DNA of 64,000 nt from Adineta vaga (Eukaryota; Animalia; Rotifera). The stretch is taken from NCBI GenBank assembly GCA_021613535.1, contig CP075495.1:13702001-13766000 (forward strand). The letters run 5' to 3'. A program made the translations under genes and the position numbers. The notes below the pieces were generated by a model that saw only the letters and a program-made list of their open reading frames with translations, was not told the origin of the DNA and ran no database searches. Shown here piece by piece: positions 53,170-64,000 of the stretch. Every line of letters begins with the position of its first letter. Position 1 is the stretch's first letter.

Positions 53170-53825
53170 ACACCCTTTTGTTGTTGGTGTTTCTGGTGTT
53201 ATTACAACTTCTATTATTTCTGGTTTTGCTTTTCAAGTAACAGATATTTTTTTTCTAAATGAAATTGTTTTTTTTATAAAATATTTAAATAAATAGGGAA
53301 CGGAAGCAGTTGAAATAGCTAGAGGGTGAAAGTGCAAATCCAAAAAAAGATGAACCACGTGCAATGAATGGAACTATAATCAGCGTATTATTTTATTTTT
53401 TGTTGGTGCTATTTTTATAATGGGTCTAGTTATTCCATATAATAATAAACATTTAAGTCAAATAGATGATGTTGATAGTATACTTGTATCTCCCTTTATA
53501 TTAGTATTTAGTCGTTCAGGTATTCCAGGTGCTGATCATTTTATGAATGTTGTTATGTTAACAACAATATTATCAGCTGGTAATTCAGGTCTTTATTTAT
53601 GTACGCGAATATCTTGGACATCAGCAAATGAAGGAAAAACACCAAAAATCTGTCGTAAATTAGTAAAAGATGGAATACCAATCTATTGTTTACTACTAAC
53701 AAATATTTTAGCAACATCTTTATTTGGTTTAACATTTGTTGATAATTAAGTTATTTATATATGGTTAGTTAATATGACAAATGTTATGGGTTTTATTGCT
53801 TGGTGTGGTATTGCTATTTGACATT
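53170..53825 (+). pseudogene. LysP/YAT-type APC amino-acid permease pseudogene fragment with one spliceosomal intron (53237-53296)
   Basis: PFVVGVSG..GFAFQ|GTEAV..GESANPKKD.PRA..RIILFFVGAIFIMGLVIPY..VSPFILVF..MNVVMLTTILSAGNSGLY..EGKTP..VIYIWLVNMTNVMGFIAWCGIAI is collinear with E. coli LysP. Frameshifts at about 53323 and 53381; stops at 53747 and 53819. Confidence 0.85.
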
Positions 53826-54910
53826 TATTAAAAATTTAAATGAATTTATCGATAAATTTTATTTACCTAAAAGATTAAAAGGAAAATTATCCAGATTTTA
53901 ATTGTATTCCAACAACAAATGAAGAAATTAATATTATATCAACTATTCATGAAAATTATTTCGAAAAAAATCAAGCAAAATATAATCATTTTCAAATGAG
54001 TTTAAACTATCTTAATAAAACATTTTTAAATAGATTAATAATGATCAGTTAAATAGTATTGAAGAAAGAAAAAAAAGCTGAAGAATTAAAAATATCTTAT
54101 GAAAAATTATTACCTTTTATAACATCATTAACACATTATCATAGAAATAGTTATATTAATCCATCGAATTTCTATCTTACTTCTCAAGATATTCAAAATC
54201 AAAATTCACAAGAAAATGAAACTTATTTTTAACAAAAATATAATTCAAAATATTTCAATTTATTTTTTCTTTTCATTCTCATATTGCTGAAATTTTATTG
54301 CAATGTGCAGTTTTCTACCATTCTATATAAAGACTTTCTCAGTTACTTTTCTTCATTCTAAATAAATCCAAACGTATTGAAAGCACCGTCATCGTCAGAT
54401 TCTCCAAAAATTGATATATTCTTCTTGTTTTGAAATATATTTCAAATCATTAATAATTTCTAACAAAGAAAAGGAATACAATAATAGTCATTGATTTGTT
54501 CTGTGAAAGAATAATAGTGATATATGTCTTTCCTAAGCGTTGCAAGAATACTTTTTAGATCGATGTTGTCAATAAAATAGATCACATTTAATCAACGATA
54601 AACAGAACAAGACACATAATAGATGGAAGTTAAATATATAAATGGTCTGCCTAATATCTCAAAAGAAACAGTAATTAATCAATGTTGAAATTTTATTATC
54701 ACAGCAAACTTCTCTTCATTACAATATTCAAATCGATGTTAGTCAATTATTATATAGTAACGACATCTACTGAATATCAATGAAAATGGAGTCAATATAA
54801 CATTATTAATGAAAATCAATCCTAATGTATTGTGATTTGTTTATTATTTTCATTCCGGTTTTATATAGATCTTTTTTCACTATAGTTTTCTTCTCTAATT
54901 TTTATTTCAG

Positions 54911-55376
54911 ATGGCTGCTATTGTCAATCGCGTCACAGCTCTTGTTCCCAAACTTGCCCTACGTAAATTTCCATTCGAACTATTTCATAGATATCTTAGA
55001 AACTTTTCCTTCTAGCTGTGGCACGTTATGGACAATCAAAATTGTCCCGATTCTGGTATTTTGCTCGCGTTGAACTACGTCCACCAATGCCAAGTGAATT
55101 TGGTCAAGTTCAACAAGGTGTTCAACAAATTGTTAAATCCGCTTCCACAGGTGCTTGGCGTCAATTGACTGTTAAAGTATGGATATGTTTTTTGTTTTTC
55201 TTCTGAAATATAACTTAATGTTTTCTTTAATCTAGCAAGTTGCATTAAATTCACTCGTTGGTCTAGAAGTCATGTTCTGGTTTTATATCGGTGAATGTAT
55301 TGGACGTGGAAGTATTATTGGTTATCGACCTGGACGTAGTGAGGGTATCCCAGCACCATATAAATACTTCATGTGA
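54911..55376 (+). CDS. ATP5MG: Mitochondrial ATP synthase subunit g, 3 exons
   Basis: KLSRFWYFARVELRPPMPSEF..TGAWRQLTVK|QVALNSLVGLEVMFWFYIGECIGRGSIIGY, containing the canonical GExIGR motif. Confidence 0.96.
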
Positions 55377-55632
55377 TCCATATAATAGAAAAGAAAAATA
55401 CAATCTAGTTGGTAGACAAACAAATCCTTCCTTCATTCATTCATTTCTAGCACAGTGACCATTGTCTACAGTTTTTTTTCTTCTTTCCTTTCTGTCATCC
55501 GTTTATTTCATCTTTAGTTCATTTCAAATAAAAACTAAAAAAGAAAAACAACATAATGATTGAGCTATTTCATCATCGGTGAAGATTTATTTAGATTTTT
55601 TTGCTATTTTTCAGATGTCCTAAAGTATTGAA

Positions 55633-56818
55633 ATGAATGAAACATTCATGGTACACACTGGAATCAACGCTGAAAATGGTTTATCAACCGATAAAATCCA
55701 ACTTCAATTGAAAACAACATTAAGTGAAGAACAACATTCAACAAATCAAACGCCATCATTACAACTTGTGATTTTACCAAAAAATCAAGATGATATTGTG
55801 GTAATTGCAATCCTTGAATATTTTCACTTTGATCTTGAAAAAAACTTATTCTTGTCTAAAATTTCAGTTTCCAAGTGTTATTGATCTTAATGTTGGTGGT
55901 TATCATTTCACTACAAGTTTATCAACATTGCGAAAATATGAAGATTCAATGTTAGCTGTTATGTTTAGTGGAAGATATGAATTAGTTCGAGACAAATCAG
56001 GACATATATTTATTGATCGTGACGGGCGCCATTTTGGGTATGTAGGAAAACTATACGATATGAAAATTAAACCTATAGAATCGTTGATTTAGTCATATAT
56101 TAAATTATATTCGCTGTGATCAAATGCCACCTGAATCCATGGCATTAGATGTATTACGTGAAGCCGAATTTTTTTGTATTAGTTCATTAATAACTAAACT
56201 TGAAAGTTCTAGTCCATGTGTTATATCATTACGACGACGCGAATCCTTTCGTCGATTGATACCTGATTATGAACATTTAAAAATGGATATTATTAATAAA
56301 TCAGCTGAAAAACATTCATCATTTCATGAATCTCGTGTTGTTATCACACAACTTGATCATACAAAATTGAAAGGAACAATTCCTTGTTATAATTGTAGTC
56401 GAGAATTTGTCACAGTTAATCATGGTAAATCTATAACTTCATTGAATTAAATTCTCTATTTTTATTTTTCATTTTAGCTTGTGCTTTTGATGGTCTTACA
56501 GCTGACATACAAATCCAACAACAATTGAAACCTATTCAGTCAGATATACATATTGATATGGATAAACTTGTTGCGTAAGAATAAAAATTTCCTATTGAAA
56601 GACATAACAAAAATCCAATGATTTGATTTGATTTATTTAGCTTTGTTGTTGATGAATTAGTTCATGATGGTTTTAATGCTGCAAGTGAACGTGTAACATG
56701 TCGTTTTAGTGTTCGATGTCAAAGTTGTACTCTGAGTGGTTTATATACAGCTGGTGGAATTTTAGCACCAAGAGAATGTCATAATATTGCTCATGTTATT
56801 AAATTTGTTTGGTCTTGA
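55633..56818 (+). CDS. BTB/POZ (T1) domain KCTD protein, KCTD7/KCTD14-like, multi-exon
   Basis: FPSVIDLNVGGYHFTTSLSTLRKYEDSMLAVMFSGRYELVRDKSGHIFIDRDGRHFG|HILNYIR..VLREAEFF. C-terminus IKFVWS*. Confidence 0.88.
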
Positions 56819-57065
56819 ACAGAAATGTTTGTTTGTTTGTGTATGAGTCATTTATTCTTGGTATTTTGCATGTTTCTTCTAGTCAACAACGTGTGCGTTT
56901 TCTTTTCTTTTTTAAATGTAATCATTAGCGAAATGTTTCTTTCTCTTTTCTTGGAAATGTCGTATAATATTTTGTTCTTCAATTTATTGGAAAAAAAAGG
57001 AATGAAAAATAAGTTATCTATCGTTTTGTTTTTCTATGTATGTATGTATATATATATAGATATAA

Positions 57066-57800
57066 ATGACGAGTGAATTTCGTGAACATATTGAAAACTT
57101 TATCACATCATTGAAAGCAAATGTACCGGAGATTTATTATCAAGCATTTGATTTTTCCAATGTCAGTGATAGTCGAACGAAGTTAATGAATATGAAGTAT
57201 GATAAGAACAAAGTATCATTTCTGAATCTGGAAATGGTAGGTGAAAAGATTTTATGTGAGCGATAATAATATGATTACTATTTTATTAGATAGCAGATAT
57301 GTTTCAAGTATTTACAGCTGTTCATAGTGCTGTTGAATCAAATTCATCGAGAGATTTTGGCGTGGAAGTACCATATCGATTATCTAATACAAGATCGGTA
57401 CGAATTTTATCAACTAATATTTTTCTTTCACTTTTAAACTCTCATTCAATAATTTTAAATATTAGATTGGTGATGCATTACGAACTTTCGGTGGTTTTGG
57501 TAAATCATATGTATTAGTTGTTTCCATACATGATCGTTTACAAAGTGAAGAAGTATTCGAAGAAATTAATCAGATTGAACATGTTGCAAAAATGACATCA
57601 GAACAAATGCAACAGTTTATGAAAAATAATCTTGATAATATTCGACGAGTAAGACAATCTTAGTAGATATTGATGTTTTAGAGATCATGGTTTCTTTTGT
57701 TTAGTATTATTTTGGAACGACAAGTGATCAAGAACAAGTAACATCCGATAATCCAATTGGAGAAATTGTTACTAAAATGATTTCTTCGAAAAATCTTTGA
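57066..57800 (+). CDS. TPRKB: KEOPS complex subunit TPRKB/CGI121, 4 exons
   Basis: FSNVSDS..SFLNLEM|IADMFQVFTAVHSAV..SRDFGVEVPYRLSNTRS|IGDALRTFG..VLVVSI..IGEIVTKMISSKNL parallels human [56 protein letters not shown]. Confidence 0.78.
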
Positions 57801-58308
57801 TCTGTTATGTTTTTTCTTGTTTCTTTTCTTCTGTTTTATAATTAAAATAAATAAAACATTCGTTTTCGATGAGAACTATATTATGATATTTACATTTGAC
57901 ACAATCATAAATCTATTTCTCACCTTTTTCATGTATTTATATACTTAATATTGAAAGATCATTCTGTTTAACGTCAATACAATTTAAGAATATTTCTTAT
58001 ATTATAAAAAAAAGAAAAAAACGAATAGATTCTTTCTTTTTCTGTACTATTTTAATATTCACCATTCGAATAATTGTCTATTGAAAACATAGAAGCAAGT
58101 ATGTTATGAATTTCTCGTTCTCTCTTTTTTTTTGTATGAAGGACGAACTATTTATGTATGTATATATATTACAAGTCAGACGACTTGTATTTTGGCTATT
58201 TACATAAGCATCATTTCGAATAGTTCTTTTAGCAATTATTAATCCTTATCGTCGTCAATTTTAACAGAACATTTTTGTACTATTCAACGATTGAATTACT
58301 CGTATATT

Positions 58309-59495
58309 ATGGGCAATCAAGTATACTTTCTATTTCTCTTTATGATCTATATATAATGCAAATTATTTCTAATTTAGCACAATACTGAACAAAGTAGTAT
58401 GAGAAAGACAACACTAAAAAATGAACGATATCGAGAAAGATCTGATAATCAAAATGAAATGATAGATTTAGATGAAATTGTTGAACAATGGATATGGAAT
58501 ATGTGGAATAGAACTAAAACAAAATCATTGTCTCATTATAAGTAAGTCTCTCGCAGTTATATTTGCATTAATAAATAAATAGATGAGGAAAAGAAAAGAA
58601 AATTTTGATTGAATTTAGACGTGAAGAGTTACTTGTAAAAGTTAATTGGAAACAGGTGATGTTCTCACAAACTAAAGCAAATTTTTCTGGTTCACCACCT
58701 GTACATTTACCAAAATCTCAGATACTTTTTCGAACGCATTTTAACAATAAGACGATGATGGAACAATCATATTTATTTAAAACGGAACGTTTTACACGGT
58801 CAACATTTAAATTTACATTTACACATTGTTTACAAAAATCACAAAAGTCCGCCGTTATATTTTGTTTACCGGAAGAAATTGTTCGATTCACTGGAGGTAT
58901 ACAACGTGAACAATATACTGATTTTGGTCAAGATACGTAAGAGGATCATTCTTAGTTTTCACTGAAATAGTTCTTTGCTTATTCTCATATTTTAATTAGT
59001 ATCAAAGAATATAACATGCGTTGGAGTGTAAATAGTCAAATACTTGTTGCACCTCGTACATCTACATATGCTGAATTGAATATTGATGAAGAAGAATTTA
59101 ATGGTGATTTCTCATTCTTTATCCAATTTTTCGGTCGAATAACTGCGACTGTATCAACTCATGAATCACCGAATAACTATTTGAAATTTATAGAAGGTGA
59201 TATTGTTGAAATTATACGTGAAATACTAGAAAATGATCATCGATTAAATGGTCTAGAAATTGTTTCTGATCATCCGTCTGCAGTACGATATACAATGCGT
59301 GGCAAATGTTTATTTCGATATGGTATTCAGCAACATGTTGTACTCAATCAACAATCTTTAGATTCATCATCATCATCATCATCTCTACCTACTGAGAAGA
59401 AAGTTTCATCAAGTTCGACTATCGATCATCGTTCACTTCGATCTCAGTCATCATCAGTTCATAATAATATTTATCAACATATTCGAGATGATTAA
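58309..59495 (+). CDS. Aerolysin-like ETX/MTX2 (LIN-24-type) beta-pore-forming domain protein, 4 exons
   Basis: IDLDEIVEQW; VNWKQV; PKSQILFRTHFNNKTMMEQSYLFKTERFTRST; MRWSVNSQILVAPRTSTYAELNIDEEEFNGDF; RGKCLFRYGIQQHV. This is the motif pattern of invertebrate ETX/MTX2-like proteins. Confidence 0.78.
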
Positions 59496-59653
59496 CAATA
59501 TATGAATATGATTTTTTTTAGCAGAAATCGTTGTGTATATATAAGAAAGATGTGTTTTTTTTAGATATGACCTTGTGTTTTTGCCTCATAAAAAATTGTT
59601 AATAAACAAAGATTTTCAAATGAACACTATCGGGAAAAAAGTTCTGAAACTAT

Positions 59654-60307
59654 CTACATTGTTCGTTCCGTATTTTTTGTTTTTGCTTGTTTTTTTGGTA
59701 GAACAAAGCTAAGTGTCAATGTTGCAAATAATGTTAATGATGAAACAGCTGTTAAGAATACTCGTAAGCCTTTAAACCATAATGGATAACCTGGTTGTGT
59801 GACATCATAGAAAGCAAAGCCTTGCAGTGATGATAATGCCCAAAGAAGAGACCATCGACCTGGTACAAGTAATGCTAACCAAGCAGCAATAGATGGAAGA
59901 ATAGAATATGTATATTGTTTCCAATCATTCGATTGTTCCAAAAGTTTTCCCCATCGAATACCTCCAATAAATGAAAGAATTGAAGCTGAATAAGCCAACT
60001 GAGTGAATGCTAAATCAGGTGAATATATTCCTGTTGAATACATATATACAGGAACTGCAGCAAAGGGAATAAGACCAAGCACACCAAGAGATAAGGGAGC
60101 TGTCGGTGCATCTTTCAAATGAAGAAGATAACGAAATTGATTCAAATATGTTGATGCATGTTTATCATTATATCGTCGTAATAAATCATTTTTAGTAAAT
60201 TCATTTGAATAAGTTGTACGAACAGTTGACTTATTCCATAATGAATATTGAAGTGTACGACGAACTAAGAGGGATGAAAAAGATCGATAAGGACAAGAGG
60301 TCAACAT
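59654..60307 (-). CDS. TMEM69: Transmembrane protein 69 (DUF3429), intronless CDS
   Basis: Mitochondrial-like presequence; APLSLGVLGLIPFAA, QLAYSASILSFIGGIRWG, YSILPSIAAW, YPLWFKGLRVFLTAV. Confidence 0.9.
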   Translation of the reverse strand: MLTSCPYRSFSSLLVRRTLQYSLWNKSTVRTTYSNEFTKNDLLRRYNDKHASTYLNQFRYLLHLKDAPTAPLSLGVLGLIPFAAVPVYMYSTGIYSPDLAFTQLAYSASILSFIGGIRWGKLLEQSNDWKQYTYSILPSIAAWLALLVPGRWSLLWALSSLQGFAFYDVTQPGYPLWFKGLRVFLTAVSSLTLFATLTLSFVLPKKQAKTKNTERTM

Positions 60308-62899
60308 CTAAAAATATATTTTTCAATAGTATTATACTATGTGCTTGTTAACTATTTTTCCATCATTCATTACTCGATCGAATCATATAAGTAAAATAAA
60401 CTGTCACTACAATCGCTTTGTTTCTATTCTCTATGCTAGTGTCGCTCATCAGTCCTATATAAAGAAGGCATTTCTATACCAACATTAATAGATATGATAA
60501 TATGTGCGGGTATTTTTCTCTAACGCATATTTCTCTCATATTTTATAATTTAAATTATTTATCAAAGTATCTTAATATTAATGAGTATAAATACCCATTA
60601 CTGAACAGTTCATATATGTTTCAAAACTATGGGTAAGGACATAACTAGAAATATTTTCTTGGTTTCAAGATTTTGGCGACATATCATTCGAAAGATTTAA
60701 TAGTAGAGATCTCTGAATATTATTATATTCAATACTTGTCTTGTACATATACCAATAGTTTTGTTCGTTTGTCAATAATATATATAGTCTTCCGTTATTG
60801 AATCATATATATGACTTATTTTTATACTATAACATTTGTAAAAGTTAATGACATGATTTGAATTTGATTTATTTCAGCACTCGAAAATCAATAAAAGTTA
60901 AACATCAAAGAACTGTGGACAAGTTAATATCCTCAAAAAAATACATTGAACGATAATCTAATTATATCAACAAAAAATGTGAACACTCAAATGGAGATAT
61001 AGAAAGACAGGAACAAAGATCCAATAAATAAATACTACACTTACATCACATAAAATTCCTGACCATCAGTAATGAAATAAGTATACAGCTAACCCTTAAA
61101 ATTGATATTGCGATATATACGTTCAAATCTTCAGTTAATATGAACAAAAAACAGTATTAACTACCTCGAGACATGTTAGTTTACTGGAATCTTAATTATT
61201 TATCTCACATGTTTACTTATGAACATTACCTCAAGCAACTGTGTTTGTTTAGAATAACACATCGTTAACAACTTTCAAGTCACATCTAATAATTTTCAAA
61301 CCTTATTCATTGTCTCAATCAGGTTATACGATATGTTGATATATACATGAATATTAGAAACAACTCAATAATAGCACATATGCTCAAAATCAGAAAAAAA
61401 TGAATCTATCAGATAAGCCACCATTCATTGAGAAAATATGATGAGTGATGGTATGAGTATGCATTAAATATAATATTTACGCAAATACTCTCACTAAAGG
61501 AGAGCACATAAAAAGAGTGGCAACTGTTTATCACTAAGAACAACTTCCTGTATGATCTCCGTTCTTCTTCGGTTATGCTCATATGAAGGCTATCAAAATG
61601 CAACACCTGTTAAGTAAGATAGCATACACTATGGCAAAGTAAACTTATTTTGATAGAAAATTTACATATTAAGTGCAACTATTTAAATATTGTTGTAGAG
61701 CATATAATATTTTGATCTCATCAACCTCAAAATACACAATTGAATGTCATATAATATGAATCGAGAAGAATGTATTACCAGATTGAATCCTACATATGTT
61801 AAATTCACAAAGTTCTGCTACAATGATTTAATAAGTATTCAAATAATTGTTATGTATATGTTTCATACTGCAAGCGAAATTTGGAAAGACAAAAATGACA
61901 CAATCGGATCGTGTCGATTCCAAGTGCAAAATAAAATTTGAATGAAAAAACTCAATTCAAATATCATAACATGTTTTGGTCCGTCGATACTATTGCAAAT
62001 TACGTTCGATATGTCCAATAAATTTTTCAAAAAAAGCTCATATATAGCACGTTTTAAAACTTTTTAATATTGTTCTTTTTGCTCATGATATATTTTCGTA
62101 TGTAACTCGTGAATTAGTGTTTAGCTTCTATAATTAAATCTTAGGATCGAATAATTAAAATTATTACGATACTTTCTATAAATATAAGTGAATCATAAAG
62201 AAGAAAATCGGTACGCCTAAATCACGAAAAAGGTTGAGCCGTAGTACTATAGTTTCGTATATATACACTTCATACACCGATGTATGATTTGACAACTTTC
62301 ATAGATGACGTCATTCTTCCAAAAAGAACAACTGCATTGATTGCTGTTAGTCAATGAATAGCACTCGTTGATTTCTATGTTGATCGAATTCATAAGCATA
62401 TCTATTGGGAACATGTGTGGATCTCCGTCTAAAATATTCTCCAAATATTTAAAAAAATAACAAACAGAGAATTATAGTATGATCTAGAATTATTCAGAAG
62501 GTCACATTTACTTCTCACATATTTATAGACTATATGTCGAATACTAGTTAATGAAATGAAGATTTACAATTATTGTTTTATTCTCTCGATTGTTCTTGTT
62601 TTAAAATTTGATTTGTTTTGCATATCGTATAATTAGGATTTGCGATAGACAAAGAGAAAACAAAACGGAATTACACAACAAAGAAAGACAATTGACAATA
62701 GTTAAGAGTTCGATTTTTGTGCAATCTAAAAGAAACGTTTACATATGTTTATGTTAATATATCCACACTTATCAGTTAAAAGTCAACGGTGAACATACAC
62801 CCATGAGAAAAGATACATTAAATATGGAAGAATGTGGAACATACAAATAAATTATTGTTTGATTGTCTCACAAAGATGAAAATGTCGTTATATTTTTTT

Positions 62900-64000
62900 T
62901 TATTCATTATCCGAATGATTCGTTGTATCAATCAGTTTGCTGTCTATTAATGAACTAGTAGTCGAGTCATTATCATCATTGATCTGATTTGATTTGAATT
63001 TTTTGGCAGAATTTTTCAATGCTTGTCGTTTATTACAGAACCTAGAAAGTAGATATTGATTATATTGACAGTAACATAAATTGAAATTTGCGATTCATAC
63101 CAAACGCGTATGACTTCTCGATCATAATTCAATTGTTGGGCAAGTGTTGACATATCAATACCAGATGGATGTGTATTGATTTCGAATGCATCATTCAATC
63201 TTTCTAATGCTTGAGGAGTAAATGATGTTCTTCGTTTACGTTTCTTTGCATTAAGATCTGTTACAAGTTCATGTAAATTTGTTGGACCATTTTTCAAACT
63301 TTAAATATAAAAATCAAATGATATATAATTAAGCTCTAGTATTCAGTTCAAGAAAGGTTCTTCATCTTACCGATCACCATATTTTAATTCAGCTTCATGC
63401 ATCCATTTCTCAAGTACCGGTTTAATTTTTGATGCACTCTTTGGTGTTATGTCAAGTTTTTCAAAACGACATATAGCGGATTGGCTATATGCTGGTCCAC
63501 GAGTAACACTCAATGCTTGACCAACTTGTGTTTGTGTTAAGCCTAATGCTAATCTTCGTAATTTAAAAGCTTTAGCAAATTTTTTAATTTCCTCTAAATT
63601 AATTCCATCAACTGTTGTCGTTGATGTTATAGCTGTTTCATCTGAAATACAAGATAAACATAATAAAAAAACAATCATTATCATCAATAATCATACTATT
63701 ATTTAGAGGTAATGTTGCAAGTGTTGTTGCAATTGTTGGAGAATTATCTTCATCATCAAAGGTTGATTTTTCATTTGTATCCGACGAACTATTTAGATGT
63801 ATTATATTATATCAAACCAATCAATGATCATTAAATGTGTACCTGCCATCAATTGATTCATTTCTGTACTTCATATTCACAGGTGAATTTGTTCTTGTCT
63901 AAACATAATATTAAAATGGATTCTTATTTTATTCAATTAATTATTTTTTACGGAAATTGGTTCTGTATGTGATGATTTTTGTATTTTGTTATTATCGATA
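62900..64000 (-). CDS. POU6F: POU class VI homeobox transcription factor (POU6F/pdm3-like), 5' end outside the window
   Basis: POU-specific domain INLEEIKKFAKAFKLRRLALGLTQTQVGQALSVTRGPAYSQSAICRFEKLDITPKSA. Homeodomain KKRKRRTSFTPQALE..LNYDREVIRVW|FCNKRQALKN. Confidence 0.95.

Noticed and set aside
60400-60460. Minus-strand CTGATGAG...GAAA resembling a hammerhead ribozyme core, as found in Penelope-like or Terminon elements
   Set aside because: Stem II cannot close (no C before GAAA to pair with the G after CUGAUGA), and no stem I/III pairing was found.
60470-62240. Non-coding interval with TE-like texture
   Set aside because: No terminal repeats, TSD or transposase remnant could be defined by eye.
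62247-62444. Minus-strand 65-aa ORF containing GDPH (VWD-like) and several Cys
   Set aside because: Only a 4-residue match, with no further domain pattern or exon structure.
1-64000. CRISPR arrays, tRNA, rRNA or SL RNA genes, prokaryotic operons
   Set aside because: No regularly spaced repeats or recognisable structural RNA. The spliceosomal introns and metazoan genes show that the window is animal nuclear DNA, not a bacterial contaminant.

Overview
Eukaryotic, very AT-rich (roughly 30% GC by eye) animal genomic DNA with many short (~50-70 nt) GT-AG introns. The combination of intron size, composition, TGTGGG-type repeats and interspersed foreign-looking genes suggests a bdelloid rotifer; this is an inference. 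About 19 protein-coding loci and a pseudogene can be assembled by hand, in this order: an NCS-family EF-hand protein, ETV6/7 (Tel/Yan)-like ETS factor, LURP-one/YxjI-like protein, an orphan disordered protein, a giant gene ending in a degenerate kinesin-13 motor, Mcr (thioester-less TEP with LDLa), ANKRD13, MEA1, a double alpha-crystallin sHSP, a FNDC5-C/DUF4808-like membrane protein, an orphan type I receptor, a PhyH-like dioxygenase, a decayed LysP-like permease, ATP5MG, a KCTD7/14-like protein, TPRKB/CGI121, an ETX/MTX2 aerolysin-like protein, TMEM69 and the 3' part of a POU class VI gene. The gene-poor 38-45.8 kb interval holds transposon relics. The main leads are: (1) a likely pseudo-kinesin-13 with switch I and switch II lost; (2) tightly packed co-oriented genes with splice acceptors directly upstream of the ATG, suggesting SL trans-spliced operons; (3) three probable horizontally acquired genes at different stages (intronless, intronised, intronised then decayed); (4) telomere-like inverted repeats at truncation junctions; (5) a signal-less, possibly myristoylated aerolysin-like protein. 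No tRNA, rRNA or CRISPR array was recognised. All homologies are from memory of the families, not from database searches.
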